A DNA stretch of 64,000 nucleotides, taken from positions 243 through 64,242 of the forward strand of contig CAYQCC010000004.1 in the NCBI GenBank assembly GCA_964415895.1. Reading direction: 5' to 3'. Shown in pieces: positions 49,929-57,264 of this stretch. The notes below the pieces were generated by a model. That model did not search any database. It was not told where the DNA came from and was given only the letters and a program-made list of their open reading frames with translations. Each line of letters begins with the position of its first letter. Within the stretch, counting starts at the first letter, position 1. The position numbers and the translations under genes are program-made. This stretch comes from an uncultured Candidatus Saccharibacteria bacterium (GTDB taxonomy: Bacteria; Patescibacteriota; Minisyncoccia; Phycocordibacterales; UBA1006).

Positions 49929-51197
49929 ATATGCGGTGTTTTTGTTTGGTCGCAAAATTCTAAAAAATATATGAATAAAATATTATCGTACGATGAATAC
50001 CAGAAGAAAATTAAGAGTCTTACTACTCCTGAAGAAATAGCCGCATTCGCTCAGGAACTTATCACCCCCATGCTGAACAATGTCGCAAAGGATGAGCCGA
50101 ATATTGTCGAGGAAAAAATAGAGAAGAAACTGCCTGCTGATGAAAAGCCAGCAAGCCTACCTACTATCAAGCCTAAGTATAACCGCAGGAATCCTTATCA
50201 GCTGGAAACGATGAGTCCTTGGTATGACGTGGTTGGAAACGACACCGAAGCCATGGTTATCGATCTCTATGCTAAAGGCCTGACTACTCGAGACATCGTA
50301 AACCATCTGAAGCGAAGCCATAACATCGACATTTCCCAGCCCAACGTATCCACGATCACCGACAAGGTATTTCCGCTGGTTAAAGAATGGCAATCCCGCG
50401 CATTGTCATCATGTTATCCGATTCTGTATCTCGACGGCATGCACTTCAAGGTTCGGGATGCTGGGAAGATTTCCTCAAAGGTCGCGTATATCGCTCTTGG
50501 TATCAATCAGTATGGACACAAGGAAATTCTCGGCATCTGGATCAGTGAAACTGAAGGGGCGAAATTCTGGATGCATGTCTTGAACGATCTGAAGAATCGT
50601 GGAGTCGATGACATTCTCATCGCGTGCGTTGACGGATTGAAAGGTTTTCCCGAAGCCATCAAGGCCATGTATCCGCATACCGATGTTCAAGTCTGCGTAG
50701 TTCATCAGATCAGACACACTGTTATGTTCATTGCATCGAAAGATAAGGAAAAGTTTTCCGATGAGTTAAAAACTATCTACACTGCACCATCTGAAGATGC
50801 AGGGTTGGAGGCTCTGAAGAACATGCAGGAACGATGGCCGATTTACCAAGCGTATCTGAAAGGTTGGGAGACGCGCTGGGCAGATCTCGCGCCATTCTTC
50901 AGCTATCCGCAAGCCGTGCGAAAGACCGTTTACACGACAAATGCGATTGAAAATCTCAATCGCCAATTCAGAAAGGTAACCAAGACGACACAACTATTCC
51001 CCCATGACGATGCGCTCTTGAAATTGCTCTGGCTTGCGCAAGCAGACATCACGCAAAATTGGCAAATGGCCATCCGCAATTGGGGCGAGGTCATGGCACA
51101 GCTTAGCATCATGTTTCCTGATCGGGTGCAGTTCTAATAACCAAACTATTAACACTTACTAATTAGCGCGACGCAAACAGATGTTTACACCGCATAT
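49929..51197 (+). mobile_element. IS256-family element with imperfect terminal inverted repeats
   Basis: ATATGCGGTGT..TGTTTG.TCGC at the left end versus GCGAC.CAAACA..ACACCGCATAT at the right end, flanking the transposase. Confidence 0.6.
49971..51137 (+). CDS. IS256-family (Mutator-like) transposase
   Basis: LYAKG.TTRDI, YLDG, G.KEILG.W, DL.NRG, DGLKG, Q.C.VH.IR and YTTN.IE.LN. Confidence 0.92.
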   Translation: MNKILSYDEYQKKIKSLTTPEEIAAFAQELITPMLNNVAKDEPNIVEEKIEKKLPADEKPASLPTIKPKYNRRNPYQLETMSPWYDVVGNDTEAMVIDLYAKGLTTRDIVNHLKRSHNIDISQPNVSTITDKVFPLVKEWQSRALSSCYPILYLDGMHFKVRDAGKISSKVAYIALGINQYGHKEILGIWISETEGAKFWMHVLNDLKNRGVDDILIACVDGLKGFPEAIKAMYPHTDVQVCVVHQIRHTVMFIASKDKEKFSDELKTIYTAPSEDAGLEALKNMQERWPIYQAYLKGWETRWADLAPFFSYPQAVRKTVYTTNAIENLNRQFRKVTKTTQLFPHDDALLKLLWLAQADITQNWQMAIRNWGEVMAQLSIMFPDRVQF

Positions 51198-51233
51198 AAA
51201 AAACCAAGATCATATCCTGGTTTTTTATCTAAG

Positions 51234-51306
51234 TGCCCTCGGCAGGACTCGAACCCGCATCTTCCTCAGTAGAACAGAGGCACCCTATCCATTGGACCAC
51301 GAGGGC
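51234..51306 (-). tRNA. Degenerate tRNA-Arg(UCU)-like gene
   Basis: GCCCTCG/CGAGGGC acceptor stem, D-loop AATGGATA, anticodon loop GTTCTAC (G32, U31:U39 mismatch) and T arm GCGGG-TTCGAGT-CCTGC. Confidence 0.75.
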
Positions 51307-51422
51307 AAAAGACTTCTACTATGAATACTCGCCGTAAATGCGATTATATAGTAGTTATTCTCTTGCTCTCAGTTTTTTCATTGCTAATATGGACAGTATC
51401 ATCGTATGGCGACAAGTGCAAC

Positions 51423-52421
51423 TTACTTTTTTATTTGCATCGATTCTACTCTCTGTATCAGTTTCCATCCGTTTCCATGCGACAGCAGTCCGCGGTACGA
51501 ATTAACCACTGCCTCATCCCCTGCATAGATCCCTGGATTGCTGAGCATTCTACGCTTCGTTGCAGTACGCAGTGTCCGATGATGTGGAAAATGAACCCAC
51601 CCGAGAAAATCTATCCCCGAGGCAAGCGTCTTGATAAATAATTTATTCGGATGCAACGATAATTTTAATTTGGTTTCGAGAAACTCGGAAATCTGCGGAA
51701 CGAGGTTTTCTAAGTAATCCTTGTCCTCATGCAGAATGGCGAAATCGTCCGCATAACGAATATAGTGTTTTATTTTGAGCGTTCGCTTCATGAAGTGGTC
51801 AAATTCATTCATATATACGTTCACCAGAAGTTGTGATGTTAGGTTTCCCAACGGCAAGCCGACATCGACTCTGCCTTCGGTCGAAAAACTATCGATGAGC
51901 CGATCGAATAACTGAAGAAGCTTCTTGTCCTGAATATGCTCCGACAGAATCCTTTTTAGGATTACATGGTCAATGTTCGCAAAGAATTTCCTGATGTCGC
52001 ATTTCAAAATCCAGCACGCCCGCGTATTGTTTTTGGAAACGATGCGCGAGAAATCTGTGAAGCGATTCATCGCCTTATGAGTCCCCTTGTTGATGCGACA
52101 GGAATACGAATCATAGATAAATTTTTTATCAAAATATGGGTACAGTTCATCATGCAAGAGATGGTGCAGTAATCGATCTCGCACCGTCGCCTTATGGATA
52201 TTCCTCGGCTTCGGGTCACTAATTTTAAATGCATCATATCCGCTATGGTGATACTTTTTATATTTCAAATCGTGATGCACATTTAATATGTGTTCCATTA
52301 AATTTCTTTCGAACTCTAGCACGTCGCGTTTTTGTTTTTTGCCGCGGCGAAACTCACGCCATGCGTGTAATAAATTTTCAACCGATATGATATCATCATA
52401 GTTATGATCAAAAAACTTCAT
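51423..52421 (-). CDS. DGR reverse transcriptase
   Basis: K.R.I..A..RDR..HH, SCR..KGTH, DI.KFF..IDH, GLPLGNLTSQ, YIRYADDF and DFLG. The likely start is MKFFDH at 52421, although the ORF stays open to 52607. Confidence 0.95.
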   Translation of the reverse strand: MKFFDHNYDDIISVENLLHAWREFRRGKKQKRDVLEFERNLMEHILNVHHDLKYKKYHHSGYDAFKISDPKPRNIHKATVRDRLLHHLLHDELYPYFDKKFIYDSYSCRINKGTHKAMNRFTDFSRIVSKNNTRACWILKCDIRKFFANIDHVILKRILSEHIQDKKLLQLFDRLIDSFSTEGRVDVGLPLGNLTSQLLVNVYMNEFDHFMKRTLKIKHYIRYADDFAILHEDKDYLENLVPQISEFLETKLKLSLHPNKLFIKTLASGIDFLGWVHFPHHRTLRTATKRRMLSNPGIYAGDEAVVNSYRGLLSHGNGWKLIQRVESMQIKK

Positions 52422-52803
52422 TCCAATAATATTACCCCCCCCCCCGACGATTTTACCAGTGCTGAGTAAGGTAAAAACTGTGTACATCTCATGGTTCGAT
52501 GTGTATAAAAAATTAGAAAAAGTACATAAATACACGCTCGGACAAAAGATTGATAATTTGTTTGTTGAGATTATAGAATCGATATCGCTCGCGACGTTTT
52601 TGGACAAAACAGAAAAACAGCCGTGGATCAGATTTGCGATCAGGAAATTGGATACGGTGAAAATACTGCTATTGATATTATGGGAAACACGCTCGATTGA
52701 TGATACGGTCTACATTACCCTGTCAGAACCAATCCACGAGATTGGTAAAATGCTGGGTGGTTGGAACGGGCAGCTGACAAAACTGTCCGAGAATGCAAAA
52801 TAA
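52404..52803 (+). CDS. avd: DGR accessory variability determinant (four-helix bundle). ATG 52404 is out of frame by 1 nt at the C11 tract, and an in-frame GTG lies at 52459.
   Basis: KYTLGQKID and EIGKMLGGW Avd-like motifs, located between TR and RT. Confidence 0.88.
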
Positions 52804-52805
52804 AA

Positions 52806-52826
52806 CTCATCCAGATTTTGGATGAG
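52806..52826 (-). terminator. Hairpin plus T-run downstream of TR
   Basis: CTCATCCA-AAATC-TGGATGAG followed by TTTTATTTT on the minus strand. Confidence 0.6.
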
Positions 52827-52839
52827 AAACGAAATAATA

Positions 52840-52972
52840 TGCTGGAACGGAACACGAAACGGTTGTTCCCATTCCACCTGTTGTCCATGTGGCCATTGTT
52901 GTTGTTCAACCACGGTTCGGAATCGTTCCGATTCACGTTGAACAGTTTCGGGTCACCGTCTGCGTCAGTATT
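52840..52972 (-). repeat. DGR template repeat (TR)
   Basis: A 133-bp AAC-rich copy of VR with about 40 adenines on the minus strand. Confidence 0.97.
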
Positions 52973-53220
52973 ATATGTGATGCCATCCGTGCCACCATCC
53001 ATCGATTCACCCTGTGAGAATTTCTGAATTGAATTTGATTTGATATCTAAAATACCCTAGCACCACATACCAAGTAACTTCATTTTTTGAAGTGTCTACA
53101 TGAATTGCGCTCTACAAGACCGTGATGTTGCAGACTCTGAATTCATGGATACTGATTTCGGTCGTGGCCATCGTAATGAGCCACAGATTAACCTACTCTC
53201 ATCTTAAATATACCATATGA

Positions 53221-53253
53221 AAAAAAATCCTGCCGATGGTGGCAGGATTTTTT
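53221..53253. terminator. Intrinsic terminator after the DGR target gene
   Basis: AAAAAATCCTGCC-GATGGT-GGCAGGATTTTTT. Confidence 0.85.
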
Positions 53254-53308
53254 AAGTTCTAAATGCATAGTTTCAAAGTGCCAGTGCACAATATCACAGT
53301 TCACAGGA

Positions 53309-55210
53309 CTAAGACTTGCTGGAACGGAACACGAAACGGTAGAGCCCATGCCACCCGCTGTCCACGCGGCCATAGCAGTAGTAGTCCAACCACGGTACGG
53401 AAGCGTACCGAGACACGCGGAACAGTACCGGGCCACCGCCTGCGCCAGCAATCGGTTCCATTGCAATTCGTAGATATTCGTCATTTGGCTGATCGGTGTA
53501 CGACAATCGCAATTCTGGTCCCACCTGTGGCGGACACAGTTCCAATCCCATGGATCGTGCCTTGTCATAAATTTCCTGCAACGTCGCGCCGTTTGGAAAC
53601 CCAAGCTGTTCAACGGAAAATGAAACGAGCTTGATCTGCTCAGGAGATTTCAATGGCTCAATCTTGTTTAAGATTTGCTGCGCGTAGGTATATACCTGAT
53701 TACCCTTATCAATGAGCTCTTTTGTGTACTGTTCTGGCGTCTTGGTAGACAATTCCAAAGATTGCTTGAAGATTTTTGTCTCTGGGAATGATTCGTACAG
53801 ATACTGTACTGTGTCAGGCATTTTTTGATATATGTCGACATTCCACGGTCCGATATAAGCGACGGTATGTTCATTTACCTGATCAACATTATTTGCAATT
53901 TGGTCTGGCGTGCAGTCAAAAATTACAGGCGCGTCATCCATTGCATTTCTGGTTGAGAGAATTTCTGCAATACGCGGATCTTTCTGGTAACCGAACCCTT
54001 CAATGGAACCATCCATTTCGTACAAGAACCGAAGGTCGGCCGATGACAGCGCTAACCCTGCGCGATTCTTTTCAGTAATCGCAGTGAGATGTTTCATGTC
54101 GGCGGATCGTTTAAGATATTTCTCCCCCTCTGCGCCAAACTCTGACAATTTTTCATCGATCACTGGCTGGATGAACTGGTCGACATTCTGGTCTTTTTCG
54201 ATTCCGCGAATTTCGGAAATACTATCCCCAGTCATTCGGATCGCGATGCGAGGAATCACGGAAATTCCCTGCTCGTCCTGGGAATAGTACACATGGAAAT
54301 CGCCACCTTGTAATTGTGTTCGTGCCGTTTCAATGTTCGTGGCAGTGCACCATTCCAGCGGATATCCCTGAAGCGATTCGTAGAGCTCGTTCGGTTCTGA
54401 ATTTTCTGGATATGTCTTCCATTTTCCTGCAATATTCTCGAGATGTTTCCATGACATTCCTGAGAATTGCTCCAATGCGTGGGTGTACAGTTTTGAAAAG
54501 TTTTCGGTAGACACCAGTTCGCGATACGTGCCGTCATGATTCAGCGAATACATCAACTCCTTTTCTTTCTTTTGGCGATCCAGCATGTTGACCTCGTCTT
54601 TCGGAATTCCCGAAAGGGCGACCTGCTTTTGGATCACGTCAATGGTCTTTGCGAGGCAGGCAATGTTGAGCGTCGGGAACGGCTGCGATGTCGTTTTGGT
54701 TCTCCTGCCGTATCGGGCTTCCTTTTTGTTGTATCCACCCATTTCTGTCATGCTGCGGAATGCCCAGTATTTTGCCCAGTCCGGGTACAGCGCATCTGGT
54801 GATGAAAGGTAGTCAATCCATGCATCGAGTGACCGTCGCTGTCCGTCTTGAATTTCCTTGATCTTTTTCTCTTCCCAATCTGGTGTTGGTTCGGGTCTCC
54901 CGTGTCCCTGCTGTTCTGCGATTCGCTGTTCCTGGTCAAGGAAGTAATCCAACGGGATGTTTTCTGGGCTGATGATCAGTTGTTTGTGAAGCACTCGCTT
55001 CATTGCCTCGATCCCCATGGCGCGCTTTTCTGGATCTTGGCGATCTAAAATTTCCTTGAACCTATTCAGGTAGTTTTCAATGCGATCTTCTGGCTTCTCG
55101 GAAACCTTTTCACCCTTGCGATATTCGGTCCGTTCGGCAGATTTCACCACTTCTGGTGAGGTATGCAGGTTTGCGTATTTCTTCTTGAGAAAATTAATCG
55201 GGTTTTCCAT
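53309..55210 (-). CDS. DGR target protein (large N-terminal domain, C-terminal variable domain presumed CLec-like)
   Basis: VR encodes the last ~45 aa, ending RFVFRSSKS*. GLELCP..VGP.LRL precedes VR, and WCTA...GGDF.VYYS lies in the N-terminal part. Confidence 0.92.
   Translation of the reverse strand: MENPINFLKKKYANLHTSPEVVKSAERTEYRKGEKVSEKPEDRIENYLNRFKEILDRQDPEKRAMGIEAMKRVLHKQLIISPENIPLDYFLDQEQRIAEQQGHGRPEPTPDWEEKKIKEIQDGQRRSLDAWIDYLSSPDALYPDWAKYWAFRSMTEMGGYNKKEARYGRRTKTTSQPFPTLNIACLAKTIDVIQKQVALSGIPKDEVNMLDRQKKEKELMYSLNHDGTYRELVSTENFSKLYTHALEQFSGMSWKHLENIAGKWKTYPENSEPNELYESLQGYPLEWCTATNIETARTQLQGGDFHVYYSQDEQGISVIPRIAIRMTGDSISEIRGIEKDQNVDQFIQPVIDEKLSEFGAEGEKYLKRSADMKHLTAITEKNRAGLALSSADLRFLYEMDGSIEGFGYQKDPRIAEILSTRNAMDDAPVIFDCTPDQIANNVDQVNEHTVAYIGPWNVDIYQKMPDTVQYLYESFPETKIFKQSLELSTKTPEQYTKELIDKGNQVYTYAQQILNKIEPLKSPEQIKLVSFSVEQLGFPNGATLQEIYDKARSMGLELCPPQVGPELRLSYTDQPNDEYLRIAMEPIAGAGGGPVLFRVSRYASVPWLDYYCYGRVDSGWHGLYRFVFRSSKS
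53317..53452 (-). repeat. DGR variable repeat (VR) with IMH
   Basis: 136 bp with about 26-27 substitutions relative to TR, all at TR adenines. The 3' 24 nt (ACCGTTTCGTGTTCCGTTCCAGCA) are identical to TR. Confidence 0.97.
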
Positions 55211-55378
55211 ATGCATAACTTTACCACATATTGTCAAAATGTCTTTAATTTAAGGGCTTATTGAATCGTTTTAATACCGTTTGAAACATTTTATTTAAGG
55301 AGTCAAGATATAATCCACCTGTTGGTAACTTTCTTAAAAAAGGCTTTATTTAAAGGGGTTTTATGCTATAATCAGTTC

Positions 55379-55510
55379 GTTGCCACAATCATATATGCTA
55401 TGAGCTTTTTTGGCTTTGCCGTTACTCGTGCCCAGCAGGGGGTCCACCTCGATGCACATGAGTAACGGCTTAGGCTTATACGATTGTGGCAACCATCGCA
55501 GGTGGCCCCT
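55379..55510 (+). ncRNA. Candidate structured leader RNA with pseudoknot upstream of the type III R-M operon
   Basis: A 12-bp outer stem, a 13-bp inner stem and a loop complementary to the 3' tail. It starts 7 nt after TGCTATAAT (55364-55372). Confidence 0.6.
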
Positions 55511-55550
55511 CTTTTGAGTTGTAATACCACGCTACGACATAGTGTTGCCT

Positions 55551-57260
55551 ATGTCTTATACAGAAAAAGAGCTTATTGCTCAAATTTCAGAATTACAATC
55601 TGAAATCAAAAAATTAAAGGCTCGAAAAAAATACGGACTCGTCTGGGAAGACAAACCAGAAGATGTGGTTTTGCAGTGCGAAACTAACGTCCCTATTCTA
55701 AAAGAAGTTAAGGCCAGAAAGCTGGTATCCGATAATTCGCTCCCAACGAATCTTTTGATCGAGGGAGACAATTATCACTCACTTTCTGTTTTGAACTACA
55801 CACATAAAGGAAAAATAGATCTGATTTATGCAGATCCTCCTTACAACACTGGCAATAAAAGCTGGAGATACAACAATGACTACGTAGAAAAAGAAGATTC
55901 ATTCCGTCACAGTAAATGGATTTCGTTTTTTGAAAAAAGACTGCGCTTAAGTCGTAACCTTTTAAACGACAAGGGTATTATTGTTGTAACGATTGACGAT
56001 TATGAGATCGGTACTGTGCGATTACTAATGGATGAAGTTTTTGGAGAAGAAAACCGTCTGGGGCTGGTGACGATAATGCACAACCCACGAGGAAGAAGTG
56101 ATGATAAATTTTTTGCCACCTCACATGAATACGCACTTTTTTATTCAAAAAATATAGACAGTGCTATTACCCATAAAATCGACCTGACCCAAGAGCAAGC
56201 AGATCTATTTAATCTTTTTGATTCGATCTCTAACTATAGACTTCTTCCCCTTAAAAGAACGGGATCGAATTCAACCCCAAAAGAACGACCCAAATTATTT
56301 TTTCCAATTTTTGTAAACAAAAAAACACTTGAAATTTCAACAAAAAAACAAGGTACTGGGTGGATAGAAGTACTACCTAAAGACGGAACAGGATCTGATC
56401 GTGTATGGCGTTGGGGTAAGGAAAAAATTGAGAAAGAATGGAAGACAGAACTTGTTGCAAAAATAAAGAACGATAAATGCTCACTATTCACAAAAGATAG
56501 AATAAAATCTGGTCGCAAACCAAAAACAATTTGGATCGAACCAAGCTACGATGCCTCATCGCATGGAACCGTACTGTTGGAAAACATTCTTAATAAGAGA
56601 AAGGTTTTTGACTACCCAAAATCACTCTATGCCGTCATCGATACCCTTAAAATAGTTTCAAAAGAAAATAAAGATGCTATCATTCTCGACTTCTTTGCAG
56701 GCTCTGGTACGACGGGCCACGCTGTTCTCGAGCTCAATAAACAAGACGGCGGGAATCGAAAGTTCATACTCTGCACTAACAATGAGAACAAGATTGCCGA
56801 GGAAGTAACCCACGAGCGCCTCAAGCGAATAATAAAAGGATACAAAAACAAAAAAGGAGAGAATGTTGAAGGTCTCGGCGGTAATTTGTCGTACTTCAAA
56901 ACTGATCTCGTTAGTATTGATAAGCTCCGCCGTATTTCAGATGATGCAAAAATAAAAGTTACCTATCGAGCAGGTGAAATGATCGCCCTGCGTGAAAACA
57001 CGTTGAACGAAATTGAGAAAAACGATTGGTGGCAGATATTCGAAGGCAATGGAAAATTAACAGCAATATATTTCACAGAGAGCAAATCAAAACTCATAGA
57101 CCTTCTGGATTTGCTTGAGAAGAAAAATATGCCGACCAATTTGTATATTTTTGGCTGGGGAAAAAATGAGTACAAAAACGATTATTCCACGAAGATTATC
57201 CGAGTCGAGGATATTCCAGAACCGATCCTTGAGGTCTACAAGGAAATTAACCGCATCTAA
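55551..57260 (+). CDS. mod: Type III R-M methyltransferase (Mod)
   Basis: KKYGLVWE, LIEGDN, IYADPPYNTG and LDFFAGSGTT. Confidence 0.92.
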   Translation: MSYTEKELIAQISELQSEIKKLKARKKYGLVWEDKPEDVVLQCETNVPILKEVKARKLVSDNSLPTNLLIEGDNYHSLSVLNYTHKGKIDLIYADPPYNTGNKSWRYNNDYVEKEDSFRHSKWISFFEKRLRLSRNLLNDKGIIVVTIDDYEIGTVRLLMDEVFGEENRLGLVTIMHNPRGRSDDKFFATSHEYALFYSKNIDSAITHKIDLTQEQADLFNLFDSISNYRLLPLKRTGSNSTPKERPKLFFPIFVNKKTLEISTKKQGTGWIEVLPKDGTGSDRVWRWGKEKIEKEWKTELVAKIKNDKCSLFTKDRIKSGRKPKTIWIEPSYDASSHGTVLLENILNKRKVFDYPKSLYAVIDTLKIVSKENKDAIILDFFAGSGTTGHAVLELNKQDGGNRKFILCTNNENKIAEEVTHERLKRIIKGYKNKKGENVEGLGGNLSYFKTDLVSIDKLRRISDDAKIKVTYRAGEMIALRENTLNEIEKNDWWQIFEGNGKLTAIYFTESKSKLIDLLDLLEKKNMPTNLYIFGWGKNEYKNDYSTKIIRVEDIPEPILEVYKEINRI

Positions 57261-57264
57261 TTAT

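Larger units (their letters stand above)
51423..55210 (-). mobile_element. Diversity-generating retroelement (target-VR, TR, avd, RT)
   Basis: All four components are present, and the TR/VR substitutions are adenine-specific. Confidence 0.97.

Noticed and set aside
51423-52421. RT as a group II intron, retron or CRISPR-associated RT
   Set aside because: It is short with no maturase or endonuclease domain, has the LGNLTSQ motif, and sits with avd and an adenine-specific TR/VR pair, which identify a DGR.
52715-53002. 95-aa ORF containing PWLNNNNGHMDNRWNGNNRFVFR
   Set aside because: This is the translation of TR, which mirrors the VR frame and overlaps avd antisense. It is more simply explained as non-coding template than as a second target.
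57115-57264. 50-aa N-terminal extension of res
   Set aside because: It overlaps the 3' end of mod. ATG 57265 directly after the mod stop gives the typical LK.FQ start.
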